A DNA stretch of 64,000 nucleotides from Octopus vulgaris (GCA_951406725.2 OX597818.1:76818001-76882000), one strand, 5' to 3'. Positions 1 through 14,215 are shown, counted from the first letter of the stretch. The notes: a model not told the origin generated them from the letters alone. A program made the numbers and translations.

Positions 1-385
1 CTTCATAGATTTGTTAGTTTGGTTTTTCAGTCTGGCAGGGTTAGATGAGTATATATTATTGAGGCAATGTTGCCCTTTCTGTTGCTAACCCTTACCTGTC
101 TCTCAAGTAAGGGATCTCTTATTTCACATGACTTTGAAAGTGTAGAGCCAAGGAAATAACACTGATTAATGCAGAGCCAAGAGGGCAAAGTGGAAATAAC
201 AAGAGTAGAGAGATGAGTGGGTTAGGGTTGCCTGAGTGGTGGATGTTTGAGACAGTCCAGCTCCAAGGAACAGAAACCATTTTAGAAGCAATAGAAAAGG
301 CAGAAAAAGACAAGACAGCATACCTGTGAACAGGAGGCTGGAGTATAAGCACTGCTCCAAGGATAATCTTATATTGCTCCCTACT

Positions 386-702
386 GGATACGCAGGCGTG
401 GCTTTGTAGCAAGAAACTTGCTTCCCAGCCACATGATTCCGGGTTCAATCCCACTGCATGGCACCTTGGGCAAGCGTTTTCTACTATAGCCATAACCTTG
501 TGACCAGACCATAACCTTGTGAGTGGATTTGGTAGACAGAAACTGGAAGAAGCCCGTCATATATATATATATATATATATATATAATGCCATCTACCATC
601 TTCTACCAGACAAATATATGTGTGTGTGTGTGTGTGTGTATGTATATTTGTGTATGTATGTATATGTGTGTATGTATATATATGTGTGTATATATATGTG
701 TA

Positions 703-739
<37 letters not shown>

Positions 740-954
740 TCATGTGTGTGTCTGTTTATTCCCCACCATCACTTGACAACCGATGTTAGTATGTTTACAT
801 CCCCGTAACTTAGCAGTTTGGTAAAAGAGATCAATAAAATGATTACTAAGCTTACAAAGAATAACTCCTTGGGTCGATTTCTTCGACTAAGATATCTTTT
901 AAGGCAGTGCTCCAGCATGGCCACAGTCAACTGACTGAAACAAGTAGAAGAGTA
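386..954 (+). mobile_element. tRNA-derived SINE with internal TA/TG microsatellite (family 1)
   Basis: A/B-box head (gtggctttgtagc...gggttcaatccc), body and 3' tail recur in many copies: ~2095-2450(+), 5640-5810(+), 8985-9135(-), 10385-10550(+), 13020-13170(-), 17750-18030(+), 23070-23200(+), 40535-40760(+), 47055-47230(-), 48195-48370(+), 56845-57000(-), 62320-62470(-). Confidence 0.85.
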
Positions 955-1389
955 ATATGGCCTCATAATACAAATATGTCATAGATTTCTTTTGAATAAA
1001 TCATTCCTGGCCCTTGCAAAGAAAATCCTTCTCTCAGGATCTGGTCCCTTTTGTTATAGAGGCCAGAGTAATATCTCTGAAGAATTTTCTTATTGTTTCT
1101 AATGTATTGCAAGAAGTATAAACTAGTCTCAGCTCCTGCTTCAGCACTGTAAAGGGTAAGAAAAAGAGTATTGTATGATTTGGTTTCTGTTAGAAGGTGT
1201 CAGAAAAACTTAGTCGTGGGTTCAGATAAACCATCATCCTTATGATAATCACTATTATCATCATCATCATTATTTAGCTGTTCAGAGTATAAGATGATGC
1301 ACAACGAATTGTACATATGTTAAGTGTTTTCCTTCACCAACATTTGAAATGTTTCATGTTGATTTTACCTTTGTCCCTCATCATTCCAG

Positions 1390-1564
1390 GCTGTGAAAAC
1401 TGAAGCATATGACCACCATAGTGCCATCTACCATCTTCTACTAGACAAATGTAAACGACACCCAAAGACTTTAACCAATAAATTGTCTAATCCAGACACT
1501 CTTGGTTCCAGTTTACCTGTTGCTACTCGAACTGAGCGACGTTCAAGTATCACAACTGGCGTTG
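1390..1564 (+). CDS. SIK3: SIK3-like kinase, internal coding exon A (end of UBA domain; RRSS motif)
   Basis: ttccag|GCT...GTT G|gtaagt; AVKTEAYDHHSAIYHLLLDKCKRH...RRSSITTGV resembles human SIK3 YDHYSAIYSLLCDRHKRH. The kinase domain lies upstream of the window. Confidence 0.9.
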
Positions 1565-1932
1565 GTAAGTTTCAGTAAATCAATCTCTCTCTCTCTCTCT
1601 CTCTGTCTCACACACACACATATATTGATGGTAGTCTCTCATAGTCCGAGAAAGACTTCTGCAATTTCTTACTGAACAACCTGCACTGATGATTTGTTTA
1701 TAGTGATCAAATATTTGTGCTGCACATTTGTTCAATATCTCCATTAAATCAGCATTGCATGAACTGGTACAGTGTGTGTTACATGCCAGATGTTGAAGTG
1801 ATCACAGAACAACATCAGTTTAGCTCAAGAACAAAACACCACCTGATCCAAGAACTGAAACCACAATTTTGCGGTCATGAGTGCAACACCAAAACCACTA
1901 GGGCCATGTACCCTCACAAAATATATATATAA

Positions 1933-1969
<37 letters not shown>

Positions 1970-4348
1970 ATCTTTGAAGGTGATAGATATAGAGTATTAA
2001 TTTATCTATATAGAAAATGTATAAGCTTGTGTTGAGTTGGGTGTGTTGTAAACATATATACACGCAGCCCGTAATCAGTTTTCTAATTACTGATGGTGCA
2101 GGCTTGACTGTGTATTAAGAAGTTTGCTTCTTGACCAGGTTCAGTCCCACTGTACAACACCTTGGGCAAGTATCTTCTACTGTAACTCTGGGCTGACCAA
2201 AGTCTTGCGAGTGGATTTGATAGATGGAAACTGAAGAAGCCTATTGTGATTGTGTTTGCCCACAGCCACTGCTTGACAACCAATATTGGTTTGTGTACAT
2301 CCTCTAACTTATTGGTTCACCAAAAGAGACCAGTAGAATAATTACCAGATTTTAAAAAGAAAACAAAATTGATTTATTCAACTAAAGTCCTTGAAGATGG
2401 TGCCCCAGTATGACCATAGTCCATTGACTGAAATAAAAAAAATAAAAGATACATACAAATTGCCATCTATTATATTTTGTTATGGTTTGAAAATTAACTT
2501 AAAAATATTGTTGGTTTAAATAAGAGAAAAATATGTATTTAATTAAATTAAAAATTAAATTTTCAAATCACTGTAAATAATAATTTTTACATCAGCACAA
2601 TGCCAAAAATTTGAGCAGGAGGAAATAGTTGGCGATATCAATCTCCAGTACATGATTGGTACATAATTTTATCAAACCTGAATGCGTGAAAGGTAAAGAT
2701 GACATCAGCAGGATTTAAACTCAGAATATTAAAATGCCAAAAGAAATATCACAAAGCATTTTGTGATACATGTATATGCGTGTGTGTCTTTGTGTATGTG
2801 TGCATACACAGATTGCTGCAGTAAAACTACCTACATCTAAGGGTAATATAATAAAATTCTAAACTGGAACAAGCTTTGAGATGCTTGCATATGAAGAAAT
2901 TTACCTTTGCTCAATATAAATGAGTAATAAACATTTAAACAACAGAATGTTTTGAAATAATTGGCTATAAGTGATTGTCCAATCAAAACTTGAATTGAAG
3001 ATAGTTCACATCTAAATTAACAAACGACCCCACATCATATAATGCAGAGTAGATAAACGAGAAACTTTAAATAGTTAAATGAAAGGATATTAAAGTGAAG
3101 ACCCTGAAGAAACTGCATTGGTATTATAGTAGGACTGAAATTGCAATGGTTACAATTGATGCATTAGAAACATGTGTAGGTCTATTTGAATCTGTATATA
3201 TATAAAAAGGAATTCAAGGTAATGCTATGCTACTTCATAATAATCCTTATCATCATCATTATTATTATTATTATTGATATATATATATTAGTGATAGAGG
3301 CAGTATTAGCACTTGATCATCCATCATTGAAAGGACTAAGGACGGTCAAAATCACATGATATGGTGGTCTCAGCACCGGAGGTGGTGACAACTAATCTCT
3401 CCACTCGCAATATAAATAAGAGTGCAAAATACACTCTTGTTTGTACCATCAGAGGAACTCTCATATTGAGAGTTTCTTTCATGGTATCTACCATGTTTAA
3501 GTGGAGGTAAATATTACTTATTATTATTACTTCTGTGTATATACACACACACACGTGCGCATGTGGTGGTGGTGGTGGCAGCAGTAGTTGGAGCAGCAGC
3601 AACAATTTTCGAGGCTGGTTGTGATATGCACTCAACCCTTGCTAGCTAAAAAAAAAAAACAAATGTGAGATGCTTTTGGTGCATTATGTGTGTGTGTGTG
3701 TGTGTATGTAAATGTGTATATATATATATATATATTTCGTTTTTGGATTTGGTTTGCAAGCATTTAGATATGTAAATAAACAGATAAATATACAGACGGA
3801 TAGGTATATAGACTATATGAACAGACACATATGGAGACAGGGATCTACACATATAAAGATACACATCCATACATACAAACATGATACATAGTTACATGAC
3901 ACACACAAACATGCGCACACAAGGAGACAGAGGTGCATACATATACAAACACATGCTCACACACACATACATAGAAAATACACAAACACGGACAGGCAAG
4001 CACATAAATATACAGGATACATACATACAGATGCACATACATACATATGCACGACTTCACATAAAAAATCTTGCACAACAAATATTTAAACGTATATATA
4101 TATATATATTTTACACACATACATGCACACAAGTTTCCATCTACCTGTCTTCGCTGACAAGATATTGGTAAATCCGTTATAATACATGACACCAGCTGAC
4201 AGTATCCACACAACCATACTTGTACCTATTATAATAAATTAGAATTTATCTAAGAGAGATTGCATAGATTTCTATAATTCATAACAATATATTAGTCTTT
4301 GTCAATTATTTGGTTTTCAAACTCTTTCATTACTTTTCTTCTTTCCAG

Positions 4349-4470
4349 TTGAACGTGTAGAAGTACCTGTAGAGGTTCTAGACAAACCTACACCACAACA
4401 CTTGGCACCATCAACTCTGGCAGCTCTTCCGCAGTTAACTTACTTTACTGACCCAGCACAAATTCCTGAT
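4349..4470 (+). CDS. SIK3: SIK3 exon B
   Basis: Polypyrimidine tract + ccag|TT...GAT|gtaagt; open frame VERVEVPVEVLDKPTPQHLAPSTLAALPQLTYFTDPAQIPD; bridges the phase-1 end of exon A to the phase-0 start of exon C. Not in the ORF track. Confidence 0.82.
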
Positions 4471-5002
4471 GTAAGTTCATTAACTTCATTTTTCCCAAAG
4501 ACACTCGGCTTTTGTTTTTTTTTTTAATCTTTCAAATTCTTGAAAACAGTTTATTTTGAATTTTGGATTTGTAACTTGTTTGCAAAAACCACTTAATCAG
4601 AGACCATGTGTTGAAATTGTAGTACTTACATTATGGTAATGCTAACCACATGAACATACACTCACACACACATACACTATTACTTTCTCTTTTGCTTAAT
4701 TTTATCATATACTATAAAGTGTCAGTCTGCTGTCATACATCTACACATCTACAGTATAGCATCAAAGTATGTTGTCATACATCTACAGTATAGCATTAAT
4801 AAATGTTGAAAATTTGTGATCATGCAGCTACTATAAAATGTTATAATTTGATGTTATACATCTACAACTAAGCGTCTAACTATGTCATCATACATCTACA
4901 TTCTGGTCACTGACACTGTGGAATAAACATAATGGTTACCATAAGTCTATCATAACAATGAAATTTTATTTGGAATAATAGTTGATTGTTTGTTTGTTTC
5001 AG

Positions 5003-5333
5003 TCGGATGCAACTTCTCAACAGTCTGACTCTGACAGTGAAGAGCCTTCTCCAGAAGCATTGGCCCGCTACCTGGCCATGCGTCGACATACGGTTGGTGT
5101 GGGAGATGCACGGCATGAAGTTTTGGAAGATGTCCGAGTGAAACTAGCGAATCACCAACCAATCATAGCAACACCTCCTCAACAGAATTATTTGATGCCA
5201 TTCGGAGCACCGCTACCAAATACCAACCTTCCACAGAATGTTCCACAGTTGCTACATAACGAACTGCCAGCATCTCCAACAACTTTACAACGTGATCAAA
5301 ACCTACTCTTGCCTCCCCCAATTCTTGGCCCAG
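5003..5333 (+). CDS. SIK3: SIK3 exon C (RRHT PKA/14-3-3 site)
   Basis: tttcag|TCG...CCA G|gtacat; SDSDSEEPSPEALARYLAMRRHTVGVGD is nearly identical to human SIK3 DSDEGEEPSPEALVRYLSMRRHTVGVAD. Confidence 0.95.
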
Positions 5334-7145
5334 GTACATCATTATTTCTGTCTCCTGTGTCTCACATAACCAGAGTAATTGTCAGTAAATGTTTGTAACT
5401 CGTGTTTTAATTTATTGCAGTTATTGCATTTGCTTTCTTTAATGCCACTCATGACTTACAACATGCCCTCAATTATCATAAGGTACATCCTCAGGTGGAT
5501 TTTTGCCATTTAGTTCGATAACATTCCAGCCACAGTTATCTACCTTCTTCTGCATCTTTTTTTCATCCATCTACGTACCTATATGTGTGTATATTCATTA
5601 CACACACACACACACACATATATACAGATTGATAGATATAAGTAGAGGTAGAGTTAAGAATTTCACTTCCCAACCAACTAGTCTCAGGTTCAGTTCCACT
5701 GCATGGCACTTTGGGTAAATGTCTTCTGCTATAGCTTTGGGCCAACAAATGATATGTGAAAGAAACTGCAGGAAATATATAATGTGTGAGTGTGTGTGTT
5801 TGTGTGTGCATTAATGTTTATATATATTCCACAACTTGAGCTAATGTTGACATTCCAACTGGTCACTGTGCTTTGGAAGACCTCTGGAGTAAAAATATTT
5901 CTTAACTGAGAAACAGGTGATGCTCGGCAGTTCCTACAGTAAATAACATCTTTATTCTGCAAAGGTACTGAGTACTCTCATTGTTACTGTTATTAATACA
6001 TAGTAGACCTTAATCTCATATGCATTTGTGGGAGCAAACTTCTAGTGTGTCCACGCCAATTATTACCTTTTAAAATACCTTTGTTGTGGTTCCTTTATCA
6101 TAAACTTTGAATTTTTTGTTTTATTTTAAATCAAGCATGATGCATTTCATGACATAACACATCATAGTACTTGAAGCATGATACATCACACATGATGCAT
6201 CATGTTTGATGCATCAAATATAATCCATCACACATGGCACATCACACATAGCATAACACACGAGATACATCCAGTATGATACTTAAAACACAATTTTGAT
6301 ACTTGAGATTTTTTTTTGTTTAGAGTAAAAAATTGTGCTACGATGGTTAAAGGCTTTCACAATATATGATAATATAACAATACAGTACTTTAGATGTATT
6401 TTTTGTGGTAATTGAAAGTATGTGAAATACTCTGTTTAGTGCAGTGTCTTCACTTTCACACCCACGCAGACAAACATACACTTTGCCACTTGGTCTTTCA
6501 TTAGTTCACACAGGGATGCAACTGATGTGTGTATTTACTGGAGTATCTAAACACACAGACACACCAGGTAGGTCACTATGTGAATTAATGAATAAATTTG
6601 TGTTAGATCTTATCAATGTTTTAAAGATCTTTAGTTGTCCTTTAATTCTTTGATGTTACATAAAGAGACAAAGAGTTCTTGTTTGTTTAGTTTATTACAA
6701 AGGAACCTCTTTGGACAGAAAACACAACTGTAGCCTCTAACTTTAGACAATCTTATTGTATTGTTGGTTGCCTTGGGACCAAGCTACAATGGCAGCATCA
6801 GTAACATCTTCAAGAACTACAGCATCAACAACAACTTCATCATCATCATGAGTAACAACATCATCATCATCAAGAATAGCTTTCATAGCAACAGCAACAT
6901 TAACAACATCAACAACAGTATGAATGTAACAACAACAGTAATGTTAACACCAGCAACATCAACTATAACAGCAACATTAGCCACATTAATATTGTCATCA
7001 GTAACATCAGCAACAGCAATCTTTTAAAGAATATTATTATTCTAAAAAGAAATCTTTTCTAGTTGTTTATCGTTAAGCAATCATTGAAAGTTCAGTTATT
7101 GGCTTAAACAGTTGATTAATGATTTGTATTTGATTCTTTTTCAAG

Positions 7146-7255
7146 GTTCTTCCAACTTCTGTCGACGTGCATCTGATGGTGGTGCTAATATTCACTGCTT
7201 CCAGCGATATTTTCAACAGCAATCACAGTTCAACAGTAAAGATGGTCTTTGCACA
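7146..7255 (+). CDS. SIK3: SIK3 exon D (RRASDGGANI)
   Basis: ttcaag|GT...ACA|gtatgt; contains the SIK3 signature RRASDGGANI. Confidence 0.95.
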
Positions 7256-7956
7256 GTATGTTTATTATCTCAACCTTTGATTAGTTATTGTGAGTGGGAC
7301 AAATGTGTTGTTAGCGGAGTCGAAGTGTTAAGATAAGCATCGTTCATGTAATCATAACTGTCTTTAAACCTTTCATTATCATATTTCTGTTGGAATGCTC
7401 AGTCTTTATTTCAATTGAGTTAAGAAATACAGAAGAGTTTTGTATAAAATAACTTTGTCATCATTGAGCTGGTGTTTGAAATGTAAATGAGATGTTGATG
7501 AAAGGTTTTAATTTAGATCACAGCTATAGGTCCACTGCATCTTATAGCAGAAACAGCTGTCAGCTAATGAGATTCATATGATAATTGTTTATTCCTTTGT
7601 CATCTCATTTTCTTATTGCTTTAAAACAGGAAGTTAACATTGTAGTACTAGGAGCAATCTCAGACAGATTAGTATCAAAAGGGTCGATTAATTCTCTGTA
7701 TTTCTATGATTCTTATTTTTTAGTGAGGAGGGAAGGGGTAAAAGTATCTTCAAACCAGAGGTCTGGCCTGAATGCTTATAATACAGTGGACTTTGTTAAA
7801 GGCACTCAAAGTGTCAGATGGTGGTGTTAGACTGGGAGATGGATTAAATCTTCCACTCAACTATGACAACTGAAGATTTTTCAGATTATTGATCTTATTT
7901 CTCATCTTTGTTTTGATTGTTACACATTTAAATTGTCATCAGGTGTCTCTGTATTT

Positions 7957-8008
<52 letters not shown>

Positions 8009-11000
8009 TATACCTAGGCGAGTATGGAACACAGTACTTCTGACCCCCTACTAACACACTAAAGTGTCTTTACTTCTATCTCCGCTACAACAGCCACTGC
8101 TCCTCTTCTTGTCACCCTTACTGTCTTGCACCCACAAATCCCACAATAACTACTTTCATCCAATCCTTCCTCCCCAGAGCACAAATTCCTCTTCAAATTC
8201 CCTAATGACCTTGTCATCAACCTTACAGATATTCTCATTAAACATCAATCTTACCCATGTCAACAGTCTCGGGGTGACTGTAATCACCATGGACTCCTCC
8301 CCTTCTTCATAAATAAATTTTTGGAAAATACCTTTAACTACTTAGCCACTGTTAAATACATTGAAGCTATGTAAATAGAAACATCATGAGTTCTAATATA
8401 GCCATAGAAGGTGTTCCCTAATCATCGTAACTTCCACTTAACCATACTTGTGTGGGTCAAATAAAATTCATTGAAGCAGATTTTCTATTGTTGGACACCT
8501 TCCCTGTCACCAACCTTCACATGTTCCTAAGAAAGATATTTACTCATGGTCAGAGATGTTTCCAAATATTGGAAATGGACACTGCTGGTATGACAGTGAT
8601 GCTCATTTACAACTACCATGTTATGAAAAGGTAATGACACACACATACATATTAATCAAAGTATGTAGTATTATAGATCTATTTCAGTTGATCTTAACAA
8701 TCAGTTTTTTACTGGGTATTAGATAACAGGGTGATTAACTAACACCACATGCTCTTCAGAGATGGCATATATGGAAAAAAAACATGGCAACTGCTCTATG
8801 TTAACGGAGGTGTAAAAAATGTCATATCCAGTTCGTGAGTGCTGTGAAGGAAAATGAAAGAGTTACAAGAGGCTAATGACAAGGGATTTATCAAGAGTTA
8901 TGTCCCTTGGCCCCAAAATATCTGTGGTTGTAAAACAAGGAATATGGTAGGTTATATACACATACATATAAACAAGAAAGATTTCTGTTTCCTACTACCA
9001 AATCCATTCTCAAAGCTTTGTTTGGCTCAATACTCTAGTAATAGACACTGGCCCAAGGTACTACACAGTGGGACTGAACCCAAATCCACATGGTTTGGAA
9101 GCAAACTTCTTAACCACACAGCCATACCTGTACCTATACATGCATATATAGACAGACAGAGAGGAGGTGGGGGATTAGCTCTGAAGTTGATCAGCGGTCC
9201 AAGTAATTCCAGTGTAGTTGTAACAGAGAAATACATGGAAGATGAGTTAGTAATTTTGAAGAATTTATTGTTTCTGTTCAAATATTCAATAAATGTCATA
9301 ATGCCTTTACCATCCCCTTCTCACTGTATACACTGGATTACTTGTGAATGATTATTGGGGAAAGTTTTACATCTTGATTTCGAACATTTGTACAAGGTGA
9401 GAAAAGTTGATGGCAGGTACAAATGATTAAATCAAATCCCAATACTTGATATGGATTTTTTTAAAATTATTTTTATAATAAAGTCCCCAAACTTTACTCT
9501 GCTTCCAGCATTGAGTTTCTGCCTCCCTCCATCAGAAAATGTTCCATTGCTGTTCTTAAGCTTGCTTTCAAATAATTGTTTCAAATTAACATTTGTATTT
9601 TATTGACCTGATGAACGAGAAGCATCAACCACAGTAGAATATTAACTGATAATTTAATAGGGGACACAACTACCATAGGGAATTATGTCTGTCACTCTAT
9701 CAATTTTGTACTCTTCGATCCTTATAGCCAACAAGGGCACCTGGCCCTGTATGTGGTCGCTTGATCTGCTATAAACAGTAGCAAATTCACAGCCTAGCAT
9801 CTTAAGAAAGAAAATATTGCATAATGTACTCCTAAATACAGTGTGTGAAAATATGTTGAAATGGCCATGTTTAGAATGTCTCTGGCTGTAGTTCCTCTGT
9901 AACTGGGTTGCCCTTGAACAGAACAGGGGTTCAAGTTCAGCTTTTAATTCCTTTTAAAAATCAATCATGGATTAACACATTAGCATTTAAACAAGCCATA
10001 ACTGATCCAGAATATTCTACCTGTTTCATATTAAAACTGGCCATATCTAGTCTTTCACACCGTCCTGGCATTGTCATTCAAAACATAAACGATCACATCA
10101 CTGAAATTTCAAAGCTACAAGATAATGCAAGGTTAATTTAAAACAATGTGAATAAATATGTGCTACATTTGACAGAGTAATCTCAATGCTAAAGGCTTAA
10201 GAATATAAACCCTCCTGATATGATGTTCAATATTTTTTGGTTAAAACTTGTTTCATATATTTTGCCTGATTTTGCCAGATAATGCTTTAATTGATTTGTA
10301 AATGAAAGAAGTTTTATCAAATAAGAAATAGTTAAGGTGTTGATGGTTTTGTATGTGAGATGTTTATTCCAAATATATCTCTAATAGGTGCAAGCATGGC
10401 TGTGTGGTTAAGAATACCACTTCCTGACCATGTTGTTTCAGGTTCTGTTTCAGTGCGCAATATTTTGTACAATTATCTTCTATTATAGCCTTGGGTCACA
10501 CAAACCTCTGTTTGTGGATTTGATGGAAGAAAACTGAAACAAGCCTGTCATACATGGCTCTTTTACTGTTCACTTTTGTCTTTTTGTGTTATTTTCTGTA
10601 TTGTGCATGTACTTCTAACTTCCATTAGTCTCTTTCTGGCTGCTTTCTGTCACTTCTTTAACTTTGATAAGTTATTGTGAACTTGAACACTATACTCATT
10701 ATTATTATAAATATACATGTATGTATGTACATATGTGTTTGCCTCTGTTTGTTTATGTTTGCACTTCTCCACAAATATCACAAGCTACAAGCAGTGATAT
10801 TGTCATTTCTTCTGTTAATAAATCATTCACTAGCTTTACACCTGTGAAGATTTGTGTGGTAAGAGATCCTTTGCTAGAAAAATAGGTAATGGTTTGTGAC
10901 AGGAAAAGCATGTGACTGTAAACTAATGTTTCAATAATAACATTCTTCTAAGCCATATTACCACAGAAAAAACAGACATATAAGCAAACAAAAATGTTCC

Positions 11001-11398
11001 TCAATCAGCTAACAGTCAACATAAACTGCCACCACCTGTTTAAAAGAAGTGCTGGTAACAACATATCAGTTGACAGTTTGAGGTCTCTAGTATTTAACTA
11101 ATGGCTTATTGAACACTCCCACTAATAGCAACTGAACTGTTGAGTTATTGTAATTCTTGGCATTCTCTGACTACTGGCCTATAAGCTTATCACTACAAAA
11201 TAATTTCACCATTACATTTTATTTTACCTGTTACTCTATCTGCTCTCTGACTTCTTGAGTAAATAAGTTAAACATGCAAAGGTATTTATTCAGTTTTTTT
11301 TTTCTGCAAATGACTTAATTTGCAGACCTATCCAACATGTGCAAATTATTGTTGATTGTTGTTGTTTGCAGCTAACACCAACTTTTCTCTGCTTTCAG

Positions 11399-11529
11399 AC
11401 TCCCTCATCTACATCTCCGGCTGTTCTTTCACTTCCTGTACCATTGCTGTCTCATCCTGTTGTTGACAGCAACGGGGGAGCTGACGAAGGTAATTCTGAT
11501 CAAGAACCTGATAACGAAGCTGTCCTCAA
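11399..11529 (+). CDS. SIK3: SIK3 exon E
   Basis: tttcag|ACT...CTC AA|gtaagt; DEGNSDQEPDNEAVL resembles human DEESSDGEPDQEAVQ. Confidence 0.9.
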
Positions 11530-11896
11530 GTAAGTTGTAATTATTACATCACAAGCAAATGTTACTTTGATGGTATTGTTAGCATAGATGGTACCATTGT
11601 GTAACATTGGTTTGTTACATTATAAGGATGGTATTTGATGGTGTGGCATCATAATGGTAGCATCTAAAACATGATTAGTGGTGTTGAGTGGTTTTCATTT
11701 GTTAAGGTGACATTGCAGTGGAGTAGTATGATGGTATTGTATGGAGTGGTAGGATGGTATTTTAGAGAGGTAATATAATGGTAATTTAGAAAAGTGGCAT
11801 GATGGTATTGTAGTGGAGTATTCAGGTTTGCTATATTAGTTTTCATTGTAATTCTCCTCAACCTCCATGTCTTACTGTTGTAATATTTCATTTCAG

Positions 11897-12048
11897 CTAC
11901 ATGAATAGTCGTGGGATGTGTAAACGCCATACTGTTGCCATGGCGAGTCCTGTGCAAGAAATTCGTGATGACCTCCAGAAGAAACTGACCTTGCCTTCTG
12001 CAAGGACAATTCGACGAAGTAGCCTACATCGGGCTGAAACCACTACAG
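11897..12048 (+). CDS. SIK3: SIK3 exon F (KRHT, RRSS)
   Basis: tttcag|C TAC ATG...ACA G|gtaggt; YMNSRGMCKRHTVAMASP resembles human YLANRSKRHTLAMTNP. Confidence 0.92.
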
Positions 12049-14021
12049 GTAGGTCACTAATTTGGTCTATAATTAGTACTAAGCCATCAGAGTTGACTTA
12101 TTGAAGTGTTAGACAACTCTAATGGTAGGTATAGATGGAGATGGAAGTCCTTAATCAAAGGAGTGCATTTCTTTATTTCCTTTCAGTCTACTCAACTGAG
12201 ATATATGTAAATCTCTTACTCTTCACAGTGAAGAAAATGCTTTGAGATATTTTGTTTGTTCCCTTTGAGAGGATCAGCCAATGGTCTCATGGTGAAACAT
12301 AAGGACAAAGATTGTAATGTATTATCTCTATACTACTAAAACTCTGTGATGGATTGCTTAGGTGCGTGCTTGTCTGTAATTTAATACAGCCAAACCAGCG
12401 CATAATAGGAAAATACTCTAAAAGTAAGGTATCCCTGAAATGTGAATACAGATGGAATAAAACAAGTTTCACGTAAATCGGACCACAGATTCCCAAGATA
12501 TGAAGTTTTTTGGGGGTACTTTCATAAATAGCCAAAACGGCACATAATGGGAAAACACTCCAAAAGTAACATAACCAATGACTGAATCAAGTAAAGGATA
12601 AAAAGTGTTATATCAAACGGCACAAACCAGTAAGGTTTTCAGGCAATTCAAAGCTACTCGTAAAAATCTGTGAAGAATTTTGCAATTAGTGGTGTAAGGA
12701 ATATAACTTTCTCTATGGTTACAGAAGTTATGCCCCTTGGATGGACTGTCTATGTATGTAATTGATTTTAACTGGAAAAAATTTAGAATTCTAATTTTTT
12801 TTTTTTACATTGTATTAAATGTGGGTCAATTACTTTAAGAAATGTACTGCATATAGCAGATGTGAGGAGCATGTGTATATAACGGTCTCTCTAAAACAAT
12901 TTTTGAATTGTCAAATACGCTTTATATGTGATATCTTGTTTATGGAAGATAAATGTGAAAATGACATCAGTGTTTTGTAGCTCACAGCTGTCATGTTAAG
13001 ACACTAAATGTAAATATCCTCACACACACACATTGGGATTCTGTACAGTTTTCATGTAACGATTTCACTCTCAAACCATTGGTCATTCTTAGGGTATTGT
13101 AGAAAACACTTGCCCAAAGTGCCACACTGTAAGATAGAACTTGAGATCATTTGGTTACTAAGTGAACTATGTATCCTTACAAACAGGTATAGAAATAAGT
13201 AATCATCATCACCGTTTAACGTCCATTTTCCGACTTGACATGGGTTGGATCGTTTGATTGTTGAGCCAGAGGACTACACCAAGCCCTAATGTCTGGTTTG
13301 GCATGGTTTCTGCAGCTTGATGCCCTTCCTATGAAGTAACTCACAAACAAGATCCCTCAACCAAAGAATAGGGAGCAGTATGGAGGTTGCTTTATGCTAG
13401 GTAATGATAGAGGAGCAGAAATAGATGTGTTGCCATAGAGGAGATACATAGCTACCCCTCTTGGAAAAGGAGAGAAGATCGCAAAAATGTTAGTAAAAAT
13501 AAATTTTGATAAATTATCAACATGTAGTACAATGAATGTGGAGTGACATAGACATGTGGTATGGAGTTGGGTGATATAGACATGTATTGTGCAGGGTAGT
13601 GGTATGGACATGTGATGTGAGATATGCAATGTGAAAGGATGATATCTACTGAGCAGGAAACTACTGTGATAGTGGAGGAAGCTTTATCAGAAAGATTATA
13701 TTTCAGAAAGTTGGTTCTAACAGGTGAGTTGTCACAAGACTAGGAGAAATAGTTCTATATCATAAGAACCACCTGTCTAATCCATACCAACACCATAGTT
13801 TCTGATTTCTTCACTGTATTTACATTATATGTTGTATCCTGCTGTTCGGATACAGTTCCTTCCAGAGGGAAAGAGATAGTTTATGTTATTGACCTGTGAC
13901 ATCAAAGGTCATCAAGATTCGAAATATTTGAGGTAAACAATAACAACACCCCAGTTACTAACACAAAAAAATATTTTTGTTTTAAATTCATTTAATTTAT
14001 TTTTATTTTTATCTTGTAAAG

Positions 14022-14215
14022 GATGTGATCCTGTCCCTCACTTCCCCACTGAACGATACTCTCCTTTGCGCCGTGCCAGTGATGTTCTTGTCAGTCCAAA
14101 CAAATACCAATCCCACTTGGAGAAACTGTACAATGCTGCTGTAACTCTGAGTAGTTCACCAATTCAAGCACAAAACAGTCTGAAACAAATACAGCAAGAA
14201 TGTCAAGATTTACAG
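14022..14215 (+). CDS. SIK3: SIK3 exon G (second RRASD)
   Basis: taaag|GA...CAG|gtaacc; HFPTERYSPLRRASD...HLEKL...SLKQIQQECQDLQ resembles human HLPTERFSPVRRFSD...HLEKM...SIKQLQQECEQLQ. Confidence 0.93.

Noticed and set aside
390-460. tRNA-like sequence with A/B boxes
   Set aside because: It is the head of a multi-copy SINE, not a complete tRNA gene.
519-808. ORFs rich in Y/I/C/V/H/T (also 3845-4213, 33162-33514, 48584-48830, 52414-53021 and others)
   Set aside because: Translations of TA/TG/CA microsatellites with no protein signal.
6761-7027. CAG/CAA/CAT-rich tract that might be a poly-Q SIK3 exon
   Set aside because: The Q frame has several stops, no clean splice pair is evident, and exons C and D already join in phase.
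8060-8390. Possible very old Penelope RT fragment (NINLTHVNSLGVT resembles TNLxxVNFLDVT)
   Set aside because: Similarity too short to support without a search.
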